Part shown: in pieces, positions 1 through 15,752 of the stretch
Numbering within the stretch: position 1 is the first letter of the stretch
Layout: every line of letters starts with the position of its first letter
Source: the human T2T-CHM13v2.0 reference genome, Homo sapiens
DNA length: 64,000 bases
NCBI RefSeq assembly: GCF_009914755.1
Contig: NC_060932.1
Strand: one strand, 5' to 3'
The notes under the pieces: model-generated
Database searches by the model: none
Told to the model about the DNA's origin: nothing
What the model saw: only the letters and a program-made list of their open reading frames with translations
Program-made: the position numbers and the translations under genes

Positions 1-902
1 AATTTCTTATGCATTGGTTCTTGTAAGCCAGTCACATAATTCCTTCTTGGGAGGTATTTGAGGATGAGAGAGATTTAACATTTTTTTCTGCCTCTATTTG
101 GGTCATGCCAAATATGTCTATGTACAGTACAGTTTCAGAGGACAAGTCATCACATTTCATTTCATTTTTGGTGCATAAATGAGTCCTGTCTCTCCTACAG
201 AGTTTTGGGTGGTGGAGGGAGTGGAAACTGCTAGAAAACATTTGTATAGAAGCTTCAAGGGGATGGATAAGGTAGGAGAGAAAAAAATAATGCTCATTTT
301 TATGGACACTAAGGTGCCCGAAATGATTTTCTGATTAAACTAACAGTGCATGCTGTCAACTCATGTGTTCAAAAAAGGTTGCTTTGGTAGCAAGCAACAA
401 CCATAGTTTTCATAGTCATCTTCAAATGAGACAAGATATAAATATTCTTAATATTTTTAAGATACTAAGTTATCTCACAGAAAGTTACTTTATCTTCATA
501 GCACTTTACCAGGATTATCCAAAAGAAATCAGGAGTATTTGGTGAAGTTTTTTCTATGCTTACTTGGTGGGAGAACTCCTTTACTTTTAGTAAGTGATAT
601 CATAATCGCTGACATGTCTTTGCAAATGCATGCTTTTTAAACAATTTTCTCTATTCTATTTTTAAAAATTATTTTAAACTTCTTATTGTAATACTTTCTC
701 TATTCACGCACGTAACATTTTTTATTTAGGAAACAGGCATGAATGCCACTTTTGTCCTTTTGCTTTTTATAAAAATAACATCTTTATGTCTTTTTTTTGG
801 CCGAATTCGTGAGTGAAGTTTTCTCTTCATAACAATAATGTGCTCCACTGCCTTAGAATTCCATGACATCTAAGAAATATCATGTATTTATAGCAGTTGC
901 AG

Positions 903-1095
903 TAATAATGATACCTACATGTAAGTGGTATCTTCAGTAAGTCACGTACTGCAGAGAGCACCCTGCGTATGCTATATAAAACAATCTTTAAAGGTCACTC
1001 TTGTTATCCTATTTTACAGACAGAGAAACAAACCTCATAAGTAACTTATGCAAGGTTTTGAAGATTGTAAATTGCAAAGCCAAAGGTTTATCTCA
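903..1095 (-). mobile_element. MIR SINE fragment
   Basis: Degenerate MIR core antisense: ttatcctattttacagacagagaaac...aagtaacttatgcaagg. Confidence 0.5.
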
Positions 1096-1378
1096 GCCTC
1101 CCCTTCAATAGACATCCCCATTTCACACCTTAACATTTGGCAATATTTTTACATTCTTTGTCTTTTTTCTTTTCCATAAAGTGTTTTGAGAGATAGGAAG
1201 TGCATTGACTAATAAAGAAACTGAGGTTCTGTGAAGTTCAGTGATTTTCTCAAGTGAAAAATGCTAGAGAGGTAGTTAAAAACCTGTGTGCTAGTAACCA
1301 TTGACCTTTCTCCTTAAAGACAGAAGTGAGAAGTTTGAATTATAATTGTCCTTACGTGCCATGCCTTGCATTCTCTCT

Positions 1379-2872
<1,494 letters not shown>

Positions 2873-2912
2873 TGCATTCTCTCTTTACATCACAGTAAGT
2901 ATTTTCAAAACC

Positions 2913-3100
2913 CATTCATTCATTCATTGAATACTATTTTCATCTAAAATGCCATGAACTATGGCAGCCACTAGACTTACAATGAATCACATAGCCTTGT
3001 TTCAAAGGGTGCATATTCTAGTAGGCATGAAAAGTATACAAACAGCTATAAATAAAGGGTTTTGTGTTGGAGGTGTACACAGAACACTGTGAACACAATG
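2913..3100 (-). mobile_element. L2 3'-end fragment
   Basis: (CATT)n tail followed by degenerate L2 3' sequence. Confidence 0.5.
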
Positions 3101-3174
3101 CGTGCACTTTACTTTGATTGAGTCAACTCTGTACTACATGGTTATACTTTTATCTTATCCTGTAGTGTGTCAGC

Positions 3175-6100
3175 TAAGGAAGTAACAATCCGCAGAAAAT
3201 GATAACAACTGTCATTACATATGCACCTAACAAAAGAACTCCAAAATGCATGAAGGAAAATTTGACAAAAATGAAGGGAGAAATAAACAATTAAAAAATT
3301 AATAGTTGGAGAGTTCAGTATCCCACTTTAAATAATGAATCAAATTATAGGAAGATAATGGAGAAATTAAAGATTTAAACAATACCATTTAAAACCAACT
3401 AAACTTACTAACTTACTGTTTAAAACCAACTAAACCTAATAGACATCTAGAGAACCCTCCACCAAATAATCCCAGAATATGCATTCTTATCAAGTGCACA
3501 TGCAACATTCTTCAGGGAAGGCCATATTATATTTATGTTATAAAATAAATCTCAGTAAGCTTAAAATGATAAAAATAACGTTAACTATCTTCTCCAACTA
3601 AAAATAAATATAATAGGAAATCAATAACTGCAAAAAATGGGAAACTCACAAATATGCAGAAATTAAAAGTATACTCTAAGAAACCAATGCTTACAAATAA
3701 ATATAATAGGAAATCAACGACAGCAAAATATGGGAAACTCACAAATATGTGGAAATTAAAAGTATACTCTAAGCAACCAATGGTCCAGAGAGGAAATCAA
3801 AAGGGAAATTAGAAAATACTTTGAGGTAAGTAAAAATGAAGACACACATATCAAGCCATACCAAAACTTATGTGGTCCTGCTAAGGCAGTGCTTAAAGAA
3901 AAAGAAATTATACTTAAATGCCTAATTAAGAAAGGAGAAAAACTTAAATCAACAACCTAACTTTTTAGCTAAGACCCTGAACAAATAAGAGAAAACTAAA
4001 TCTAAAACAGAATAAAAAGAAGTATAAGTATTAAAGTGGAAATTAATGAAATGGAGAACAGAATAACTAGCTGAGAAAAATCAATGAAAACAAAGTGGAC
4101 TTTTTGAAAAGAGCAATGAAATTTACAAATTTTTAGCTGCATGAACCAAAAACAAAGGAGGGAAGTTTAAAATTACTAGGATCAGAAATAAAACAGAATG
4201 CATTACTCCTAACCTTACATAAATAAAAAGAATTATAAAGGAATACTATGATTAATTGTATGAGTCAAGAAGAGATAGACAATATGAAAAGATGTATAAC
4301 AAATAGAGATTGAATTAGTAATTAGAAAAAAAGAAACTACCCATATAGGCTTTTCATAGAGAAAGCCCATTTCTGGACAGCTTCATCAGTGAATTCCATG
4401 CCAAATGATTAAGCAAGAAGTAGCACCAATCTACCAACTCCTTCTCCTGGAAAAAAGAGGAAGAGAACACTTCCTAACTCATTCTGAGGCCAGTAGTACC
4501 ATGAGACAAAAACTCTGACAAGATACAAACACTATAGAGTATATATTTTTTATGAATATGGATGCAAAAGTCCACAACAGAATACAATTGACTCTTGAAT
4601 AATGTAAGGACTAGGGGTGCTGATTCACTGTGCAGTTGAAAATTCACATATAACATTTGACACCCCCAAAACCTAACCACTAGTAGCCTATTGCTAATCA
4701 GAAGCTTACAAATAACAGTCAGTTAACACATATTTTGTATGTTATATGTATTATATACCGTATTTCTTACAATGAAGTAAGTGAGATAAAGGAAAATGTC
4801 ATTAAGAACTCATAAGGAAGAGAGAATACACTTACAGTATTCTACTGTATTTATCAATAGTGTAAGTTTATGTAGTCTGTTTACTAGACAAGTTGTCTGT
4901 CTGAAATGGCAGGTAGTTACAGCTACAGACCTGGATCTACAGTACACATCAAACAGTTGAACTTTTTATTTGAATGCCATGACTTTTCTCTCCTTCTTGG
5001 AAGCACTTCCAGTATCACTAGTGACACTTTGTATGGGTCCCATGGTGTTAAGGTTTATACTATTGCACTAAACATGATGAAAAATACTGGACAACCAGGA
5101 AAGATCACTTTTTACTTTGATGTGCAATTTCCTAGACAAAATGAACTGCTCACACAGAGATGATTACAGTCGCAAGGTGTTTTAAGCAGATACAACACTC
5201 AAGCTTACCACGATATCAACAGGAAGTGGCTAAGAAATGATTACAGTGGTACAGTATGTTCATTGTATGCAGTAATGATTTAATACTGCATATTTACATT
5301 TGTTTACATCTCTCTTGACTGCGAATGGCATTATGTCTTATCTGTAAGCATTTGTGTGCAAAAGTCTTAATAAATGTTAACATTTTATAATAGATTTGTG
5401 TATATTTTATAGTAGTAAATCATAAAATAGGCTAATATCTACATATATTTTATGCATTCATGACATATCTAAATTTTTCTTTTTTTTTTTTTTTGAAATT
5501 TCTAGGCTACATGGTTCAAGAGCAGGTTTTTGTAAATTGTCACAAAATTCCAAAAATGTCCAATGTATTTATTGAAACAAATCTGTGTATAAAAAATCTT
5601 AGAAAAATCTTATTCTAATTTCTAACATCTGAAAATTAATGCAATGCACAATAGAATAACAAACAAAAATCACTTGACTTCTTTAATTGCAGAAAAAAGA
5701 TTTGACAAAACCTAATATAATTTTATGACAAAAATATTGAACAAATTAGGAATAGAAGGAAACATCTTCAACCTGATAAAGGGTATCTGTGAAAATCCTG
5801 CTGCTAACATTATACCTAATGATGAAAGATGGAATATTTTTCTTCTAAGTTTAAAATGACAAAGATGTTCATTCTAGCCACTTTTATTCAACATTTTATT
5901 ATGTTTGTTTCTCCAGAGAATTAGGCAAGAAAAAGAAAGAAATTTTTCTATATTGGAAATAATTAAAATTATCTCTATTTTCAGATGACCATGACCTTGG
6001 ATATGGAGTCCACTCAAAAATAATCTGAACTAATAAACAAATTCTGCAAGGTTGAAGAATACAAGGTCAATAAAAATAATTAATTATATTTCTATGTGAT

Positions 6101-7598
6101 ACAATAAACAATCTTAAAATTAAGAAAAAAAATTCATTTACAGTAGAATAACAAAAAAATACTTAAAAATAAGTTTAATCGTGAGATACAAATTGGTACC
6201 CTGAAAACTACAAAACATTCCTGAACAATATTAAAGGTCTAAATAAATGGAAAATTGTCTTGTGTTTATGGATCAGAAGACTTAACAATTTGAAGATGGC
6301 AATACTTCCCAAATTGACACACAGATTTAATGCAATACCTGTCAGAAAACTAGCTGACTTTTGTGAAAATTGAAAACTGATTGTATTATTTTGGAATTGC
6401 AGGAGATATGGAATCACCAAAGAATACTGACACAGAAGAACCAAGTAGGAGAGTGTGCAATTCCCAGTCTCATATCTCATTACAAAACCAAACTAAACAA
6501 GGCATTGGCACAAGAATAGACATACAGATCAATGGAACAGAACTGAGACCCCAGAAATAAAACCAAGTGGTCAGCTGACTTTTTGAAAGCTTGCCAAGAC
6601 CATCAAATGGGGAAAAATTTTTTTAATATACGTTGCAGGGATAATTGGATATAAACATCCAAAAGAATGAACTTGGATGCTTATCTTGCACCATATGCAA
6701 AAATAACTGAAAATGAATTCAAGGCTATAACTATTAACTCAGAAAAAAAAAATGAGCTGCATTTTCATGATCCTAGGTTTGGCAAAATACTCTTAAGTAT
6801 AACTCCAAAAAAAAACCCACCAAAAAACCTAGATAAGTTAAATTTCATCAAAATTAAACATTTTGGGCATCAAAGGGCATCATTAATAAAATGAATAGAC
6901 TTACTACAGATTGTGAGAAAATGCTTGCATATCATACGTCTGGTAAGCAAATTGTTTCTAGAGTAATATATTAAAAAACTCTTACAACTCAATAAGAAGA
7001 AGACAAATAACACAAACTAAAAACTGGCAAAGGATCTGAATAGATCTTTCTCCCAGCAAGATCTACAAATAGCTGATAATCACATGAAGAGGTGCCTGGC
7101 ATCATTAGTCATCAGGAAAATGCAAATCAAAAAACCACAGCTAGGTACTACGTCACACCCACTAGGATGGCCAGAACCCAAATGACAGATAGTAGGTATC
7201 AGAAAAGATATGGAGAAAGTGGAACCCTTATACACTGTTGGCAGAATTTGAAATGATACATCCACCTTGTAAAACAGTTTGGACATTCCTCAAAGGATTA
7301 AACATAGAGTTACCATATGATCCAAAAACCCTACTCTTTGATACATACACAAGAAGAATGGAAACGTATATTCACACAAAAGCTGAAATATGAATGTTTA
7401 TAGCAGCATTATTTATATAGCCAAAAGATAGAAACGACCTAATTCCTGCCTGCGGTTGATGCTGATAAACAAAATGTCCTAAATGTCCCCAACTGCAGTG
7501 ATGGTTGCATAGTTCATGAATATACCAAAATCAATTGACTTGTTAACTTTCTAGTATGTGAGTCATATTTTAATGAACTGTTAAGAAAATTTAAAAAC
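3175..7598 (+). mobile_element. Old L1M (L1MB-like) ORF2 to 3'UTR, interrupted by Tigger2b
   Basis: Decayed EN/RT motifs (atatgcacctaac, tcaagtgcacatg, gatgcaaaa); ORF 6667-6894 LDKLNFIKIKHF; 3' end gtgatggttgca...tgtgagtcatattttaatgaactgtt. Confidence 0.85.
4585..5592 (-). mobile_element. Tigger2b-like TcMar DNA transposon, right terminus deleted
   Basis: TA then caattgactcttgaa terminus; first ~260 bp match the Tigger2a copy at 58700; stops at aatctgtgtataa before the other TIR. Confidence 0.8.
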
Positions 7599-7641
7599 AT
7601 AATGAGTAGGAGAGACCTTCATGTTAAGAAGATGAGAGGCT

Positions 7642-8345
<704 letters not shown>

Positions 8346-8437
8346 TGATGAGGTCAGGAATAAGGAAGACTTGAAAACCTGGGGCTCTGAGGACTCCTGC
8401 AGGTGACAAGCTGAGTGGCGACTCCCTTCCCCAAGGG

Positions 8438-9008
8438 TGTGGCAGGGGAGCTGGAGGTCATCTGCAACCCCCACTTGGCTCTTTGGCTGGATCTAGAAAG
8501 CAAATTGACACCAGACATATTAAGAAGACAAAAGTATACCTAGATTTCATTAGTTTTACATGTACATTATGCTCTTCATAAGAGAGTAAGGTCTGAAGAA
8601 GTGACCAAAGCAAGATGTTTTTATACATTTTAGACAAAGAACAATACATTTGAGAAGAAATGAAAGAACAAAGAGAATCTGGCTGGGGCAGTGAATTTCT
8701 AGGGGAGTTGACTAGGAGATATATGGAAGTGGGGTGTAAAACTAGCGGAAGATAAGAGTTATTTGGATAAGTATAATTATTCGGATCCATTGCAGCCACC
8801 CAGTTCTCAGTCTCTGGTGATAAGGGCTGTTTCCTTGCCCTAATATGGTGAGGGCACCCCTCCCAGAGGAATCTTTATGGCTTGCTGCATGTAGGAAGAA
8901 CAGTGAGCTCACCCTATCTGAAACTACAATTTCTCTAATTTTTTCAGCTTGAAATAATCAATATGCCAATTACGCACATTTTGGGATGGTAAGTTCTTCA
9001 CTTCTTCA
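8438..9008 (-). mobile_element. ERV1 solo LTR, MER31/MER34/MER67 group
   Basis: TG...CA ends; cagcttgaaataatcaatatgccaa...cattttgggatgg is the antisense 5' end typical of this group; exact family uncertain. Confidence 0.65.
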
Positions 9009-9494
9009 GTGTACTTGTTTGCTCCCTTAGGGTCCAGGTGCATTCTCTTCCATGCCTTAATTGCTGACACTACTTGGGAGAATTTATTCTTCAGTTTGTA
9101 GCTCATCTGTGAAGGGAATTGAAGAAGGAGTTGCAGTAACTTTTAGGTAAGAAAGTGGATGGAAATTGGTGACAGGCATTATATTGAGTAACTGCTTACA
9201 AGTCAGTAAGAAACAACACTGCATACTGGCAGCCTTAAGTAACTTTCTGGCAAAGAAAAGAATCAGTGATTCTAGTTATACAGCTTTATTGGAAAATGTT
9301 TTTAGAAAACTGTAATCAGAAAAGTACATTCCTTTAAGTTAGTTTTTCAAACCTTTTTTAAGGCAGCTCGCAATACTTTAAAAATTAACATACGTATTTA
9401 TTTTGAATAGCAGCTTATACATTGATTTTGCATACATATTTCAATTAGTAATTCAAAGAAAACCTTTGATTTGAGCATACTCAAATAATAATAA

Positions 9495-9615
9495 TATTAT
9501 TATTACTATCATGTTCCAGAATAGGAAATTGAGATTCAGAGATATGAAGAGACTTCAGCTACTGAGTGGTGAAGTCAGATTTGAAGTTCATGACTTCTAG
9601 CCAGAAACTCCATGT
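9495..9615 (-). mobile_element. MIR fragment
   Basis: ggaaattgagattcagaga...gagtggtgaagtcagatttgaa. Confidence 0.55.
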
Positions 9616-10424
9616 GGTCACACTATTTAGGTGATATTTTCCTGTCCCTACCCATCCTATGTATTTTTATTAGCCAAATGTTTATTCTTTTAAAATAAAT
9701 AACAATATCATAAATACAGGGTTGTGTTTGTCTTTAAAGTAATCTAAGAGTCGCTTAAATCTATAGCCTCAGAAACTTCTTTATTGTTGCCCTATGAAAG
9801 GCAATTTAACATCCTTTAGCTCACCATCATGTAGCTATGTTTTGTTTTCTTAGGAATGCTGTAATTAGGTCTATTGTTGGTATTACTTACTTTTCTCTGT
9901 CCACTTTCACTATGTAGGCAGAAAACTGAGCTCTTATAATGAGAAATAATTTCCCATGGAGATTAAGCTCCACAGTAGTTTTATAGATACTGAGTCGAGA
10001 ATAGCATGTTTTACAGATTGAGGAATCAGGCAAGTGGGTAAAAGAGAGCTTTCTCTTTAACCAATAATCAGGATTTTGAAGATAAATAATGCTTTAAAGT
10101 TTGTATTGAAAACTCCTTATGAAGTTTCGTCTCAAGAGTGGGAGGGAGAGCTTTAGTATTGCATTGTGAAAGTCAAGAATTACAATTTATACCAAAATAC
10201 AGATCATGATGGACTGATATAATGCAAAAGCAAGGGCAGCCAGTTTTCCAGCTGACAGATAGAGTTTCAAGTGGAGGCAAATTAGGCCTATAACATATTC
10301 CATCCTGAAATAGCCAGATGAGCCTTTCTTGGCCAATGATAAGTCTATGAGAACCCAGGCAATTATTTCCAGCCTGAAAAATGAGATGACTTTGAAATGT
10401 ATGAGCCTCACTGGCTGCACATCT

Positions 10425-10486
10425 CATCCGTGCCCACGTCCTGTGCATTATTTTCCATCCGTGACCACGTCCTGTGCATTATTTTC
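10425..10486. repeat. 31-bp tandem duplication (2 copies, 1 mismatch)
   Basis: catccgtg(c/a)ccacgtcctgtgcattattttc twice. Confidence 0.95.
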
Positions 10487-12574
10487 CTAAGGTTTTCTGG
10501 AAATTCTTTTTTCCAGTCTGTACCTTTCTGTTGTACTCTAGCTAGTGTCCAATTCTCTCCACTCTGATCTAATCTTCACATTACATTATTTACTTTTCCT
10601 GAACCTTAGAAAAGTCTCTCTTTCACCCACACTCCTTTCAATAACAAAATGTGGAATGCAAGACAGATACTTTATCTGTCCAAGTGACTTTGAGAAACAC
10701 ATTTAGCTCTCAAAGTTTCCGTTTCCTTATCGTTAAATTGAGGGAAAGACAGAGAAATCAGAAAATGCTGCAAAGTTAAAGGATGCAAATTTACACAATA
10801 ATTTTCTAGATACTTGACATTTTGATTCATCATTTTCAAAACCGTTGAAATTAAAAATACAGTTTTTAGTGCATTCTTTTAAAAAAGAAATAATTGGCAA
10901 CACCTGACCAATATCAAATACGGAGGTGATCTGTTTTGGCTTATTTCCTCTGTAACATTTAAGAGTGGCTTCTCCTGAGTTCACTGGCATCCCAAAACAC
11001 GAGACACATTGATGGAGCTTCAATGTGAAATAATCATGTGGAAAATCTTTCCACCTTTCTTCCTTCTTGCTCCTTAAGACACTTCCATCTTGTGACCTGG
11101 AGTACTGCCAGTATAGTAATTGCATCTCAAATAGACTGTTAGTATGCAAGCATTGCAGATGTTTACCTGTGGTACAATAAGGAAGCTGAGGATATTAAAG
11201 CGATAATGTATGAGGAGCTGGTGACATTAGATGACTTGATGTATCTGTTAGAAAGAGGAAGGCACAGGCAAGAACATTCTTTGTATCTACATTTCCTGCC
11301 AGGCTGTGAAACACTTCACTTAATGAGCATCTTTCCCTGCAGAGTAAAGTGACATCAATTAGAAAATAAGCTTATAATTGAACCTTTACCTTTGAAATAA
11401 TGTATTTGCACAATTCCCAAAGGCAGCGTGTGCATAAACCCAAGGCTTGTTTTCCATCTAAACAACTTCTGATTTTACTCATTTACTAAAGAAAGGCAAG
11501 AAGCACCATCAAGGGTTAGGTATACAGGTTAAGTTTTGTTAGCTCATGAAGGTTGTATGTGATGGTTTTTCAAAGCTGTGTTTAGCAACTGCAAGAAGAT
11601 CCCCTGGTTTTACATGCACAAAATAATTTATCTGAATCCTTCTATCCTCAGAGAGCAGCATCAATACTGTTGCCTATTTGGCATCAAATGGGATTTATGC
11701 AAATCCCTCATCTGTGCAGAAATCTAATGATTTTTAGTGTCAGTGTTTCTAATTCTTCGTGGTGTTCCTTATATTGGTTTCTGGAAAAATTACTGCCTAA
11801 CCAACCATGCTTTTCTTCCAGATTGATTTTCTTCGCTAAGTAACCATGAAGTGTATCATATTGCAGTATAGCCTATTCTTAAGTGCATTGTTAGAGTGCC
11901 ACTCTCCTGAATCACCCTGAATGCCTTGTTTTCAAAACTTCTAGGTTGTGACTATCGTACAAAAAAAAAAAAAAAAAATCATTCCTGTAGGATAGCTATC
12001 TCCTAACCTTGACAGCTTCTTAAGAACAGGCAGCACTGCAGCTGTTAGGGATTAGGAAGGTCATGGCCAGACTCACCCTCCATGTTGAACCTAAACAGTA
12101 TTGTTGGGTAGGAATATCTTTCATCTCAAAGACGTTGTAACAAATGCAGATACGTTTAAAAAGGCTGCGAGGGACTTGAAGCTTTTTAATCTGCAAATTT
12201 GCAGAATGCTTTTTTTTTGGCGTTTTTCTGGGATGTATTTTATATTCCACAATGAAAAGTAAAAGGTTTGAAGTACAAAAGAATTGATATAACCTAGAGC
12301 CAATTATGTGCATAAATCCCAACCATCATTCCTCTCTTCTTCTTCCCTTTTATATTTCATTTTCTTCCTGCTTGTTTTACTTTTCCTTCTTCTTTTCCTC
12401 ACCCTTTCTTTCTTATCCTTCCCTCACATTTTTCTTCCCCTCTCTCATTTACTACCTCTTTGACATGCTGTGCACCCCACAGTGGAGACATCATAGTATG
12501 AGGTAAAAAAACAAAATTAAATATGTTATGATGCCTAACTATGTTTTTCAGGGTCCCCTAAAGCATTTCTCATA

Positions 12575-13842
12575 CTTTTAAAAAAAGTATTTAGATTTTA
12601 ATTTTTGTGAGTACATAGTAGGTGTATATATTTATGGGATACATGAGACACTTTGATACAGGCATTAAATGTGAAATAATCCCATCATGGACAATGGGCT
12701 ATCTATCACCTCAACATTTATTCTTTGTGTTTCAAACAATCCATTTACACTCTTTTAGTTATTTTAAAATGTACAATTAAGTTATTATTGACTGTAATCA
12801 CCCTGTTGTGCTATCAAGTAGTAGGTCTTACTCTTTCTAATTTTTGTACCCATTGAGCAACCTCACTTCCCCCCTAACCCCCTACTACCCTTCAAAGCCT
12901 CTGGTAACCATCCTTCTACTCTATGCCCATGAGTTCAATTGTTTTGATTTTCAGATTCCACAAATAAGTGAGAACATGCGATATTTGTCTTCTTTTTGTG
13001 CCTGGCTTATTTTACTTAACATAATGATCTCCAGTTCCATCCGTATTTGTTGCCAATAATAGAATCTCATTTTTTATGGCTGAATAGTACTCCTTTGTAT
13101 ATATGTGCCACATTTTCTTTATCCATTCATCTATTGATAGACACTTAGGTTGCTTCCAAATCTTAGCTCTTGTAAATACTGCTGCCACAAACATGAGAGT
13201 GCAGATATCTCTTTGAAATACTGATTTCCTTTCTTTGGGTATATACCCAGCAGTGGGTTGGCTGGATCATATGGTAGCTCAATCTTTACTTTTTTTGAGG
13301 AACCTCCAAACTGTTCTCCATAGTGCTGGTACTAATTTACATTCCCATCATCATTGTAGAAGGGTTCTCCTTTCTCTACATCCTCACCAGCATTTGTTAT
13401 TGTCTGTCTTTTGGGTATGAGTCATTTTAACTGGGGTAAGATGATTTCTCATTGTAGTTTTATTTGCAGTTTTTTGATGGTCAATGATGTTGAGCACCTT
13501 TTCATATGCCTATTTGCTATTTGTATGTCTTCTTTTGAGAAATGTCTATTCAGATATTTTACCCATTGTTTGATCAGATTATTTGATTTTTTCCTATGGA
13601 GTTTTTTGAGCTTCTCATATATTTTGGGTATTAGTCACTTGTCATATGGGTAGTTTGAAAATATTTTCTTCTATTCTGGGGTTGTCTCTTCACTTTGTTG
13701 TTTCCTTTGCTGTGCAAAAACTTTTTTAACTTGATCTTATCCCGTTTGTCCATTTTTGCTTTGGTTGTCTTTGCTTGTGGGATATCACTCAGGAAAATTT
13801 TGCCCAGACCAATGTCCTGGAAATTTTCCTCAGTGTTTTCTC
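12575..13842 (-). mobile_element. 5'-truncated L1MA (L1MA2-like)
   Basis: 3'UTR gtacatagtaggtgtatatatttatgg; ORF 13012-13194 AKIWKQPKCLSIDEWIKKMW. Confidence 0.88.
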
Positions 13843-14664
13843 ATTTTCTTAAGGTGTCTAGTTTGATTTGGTTTTGTTTTTATTGTACAAGTTTTCTGCA
13901 GTAAAAATAAATACTAATGCTTCTAGATATTCATAATTTTCATTAGAATGCACAAATCTCTGGGGAGGAGTCTGCACTAAAGATAGAAGGCATTCAGGAT
14001 TGAATAAATGTATTTGATCTCAGAATCTTTTTAAACAACAGTTAGAAACATTTCAAGGAGACAATTTTCCTAAAACATTTTGGGAAACTTTTGCTGTAGT
14101 TCAGTCTACTCGAGAAGAACACAGCAAGAATGCATTCCTCCTGGCCCACACTACACCATCCAGTAATCAAAACATGTGGCAGCACAAGGCAGTATTTCCT
14201 GAATTTTCTAGAAGTTTGAAATCTCTTTCTCAAATTGAGCCAAAAGCCTGCTTTCTAAAATTTTCATTAATACCTTGCTTCAACTTTTTCTACTTCTGCC
14301 AGATATATAAAATCTCTCTTCCACATGGAAATTACTGAGGCATGTAAAAGCTATTATGTCATCATTTCACTGAATTAACTATCTCCTTGACAAAACATTA
14401 CTGATTTCTTCATCTGTCCTACATATGATATAGTAGAAAACTCACCCCACCACATCCATTACAATTCCTTGTATAAAAACATCATTTTTATAGATATAAA
14501 TATGTCCCACTTGTAAATATTTTCACTTAATCTGTCAATTCAACTGAAGAAATTTTGGGTGCTTTCTAGATAACAAGTGTTCTGTTTTAGTCATGGGTAC
14601 CACCATTAAGAGGTTCACATACACAAGCACAGGGTGACATATGAGATCACGTGCTGATGATCTG

Positions 14665-15350
14665 TTGTGTGTGTGAAGATGATCTCTTGGCATTTAGCAT
14701 CCATTCTTATCTCTCTTAGTGTGTTCCTCCACTGAAGAACGTGAAAAACAAAAACTCATGCTCCTATATTTCTTGGCAGCAAGAGTTCTAGATGAAAATT
14801 ACATTTCAACAATTAGAATCATCCTTTGAGATTTGGAAGGTAAAGATGAAAAGGAAGCCATATTCTGCCTTCCTTTGCTGTTTGTAGCTACAGAACAGGG
14901 TTCTGGAACCACATTTTCTGCTTGTGTGTGGTTTTGCTTTGCCCCCTTTTTCCTGCAAGAGTATTCCAACATCCAGTTTCTCATGCCCAGGGGTCAAGAA
15001 GGAAGTAGCCATACTCAGATTTCCAATAGAGGCCACCAGCTTCACTAGTGGTGGAGAGAAACACGTGTTTCCAATATGGCTAGGCTCTCTGATTCTGACT
15101 TTCGATCCTTGAATTTTGGTTATTGTGCTGCCTTCTTCAACTCATCTGCTTCAAAAGCAGCCTCCAGATGCTCCAACCTCATAACAGTGTCATAGATTGC
15201 AGTTCTGATGTGTTCGTTTCTGGGAGCCTTTCTTTCCCAGCATAAAGGCTGGTCACACTTCTCTTCCAAGGGCTTTGTAAGCACAAACGTTATTTAGTGC
15301 TTTAAATAAGTATAGTAAATTCTGTTTCTGGCATGAAAACTTAGTTAATA
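14665..15350 (+). mobile_element. ERVL LTR, LTR33-like
   Basis: cttggcagcaagagttctagatg...caattag...tttgagatttggaagg block; followed by ERVL internal sequence. Confidence 0.6.
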
Positions 15351-15433
15351 AAGTATTTACTACCAGAGCAGTTAATAGCCAACATTTTAAATGATAAGAT
15401 TCTAGGGTAGTCAAAATAGAAATGGGATAAAGG

Positions 15434-15752
15434 GACTGGGCATGGTGGCTCACGCCTGTAATCCCAGCACTTTGGGAGGCTGAGGCAGGTGGATTGCCTG
15501 AGCTCAGGAGTTTGAGGTCACCCTGGGCAACATGGTGAAACTGCATCTCTATTAAAATACAAAAAAAAAAAAAATTAGTCTGGTGTGGTGGTGCATACCT
15601 GTAGTCTCAGCTGAGGCATGAGAATCGCTTAAGCCCCGGGAGCGGAGGTTGCAGTGAGACAAGATCACACCACTGCACTCCAGCTTGGGCTACAGAATGA
15701 CGCTCCATCTCAAAAAAAAAAATAAATAAATAAATAAAAAAGAAAGAAAAAA
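15434..15752 (+). mobile_element. Alu (AluSz6/Jb-like) with small right-arm deletion
   Basis: Dimeric Alu; TSD core GGGATAAAGG at 15424-15433 and 15753-15762. Confidence 0.92.

Noticed and set aside
10425-10486. 31-bp repeat as CRISPR-like array
   Set aside because: Two adjacent copies, no spacers, primate DNA, no cas genes
10733-11149. 138-aa minus-strand ORF
   Set aside because: No recognisable domain, non-ATG start, ends next to a MIR-like fragment; chance ORF
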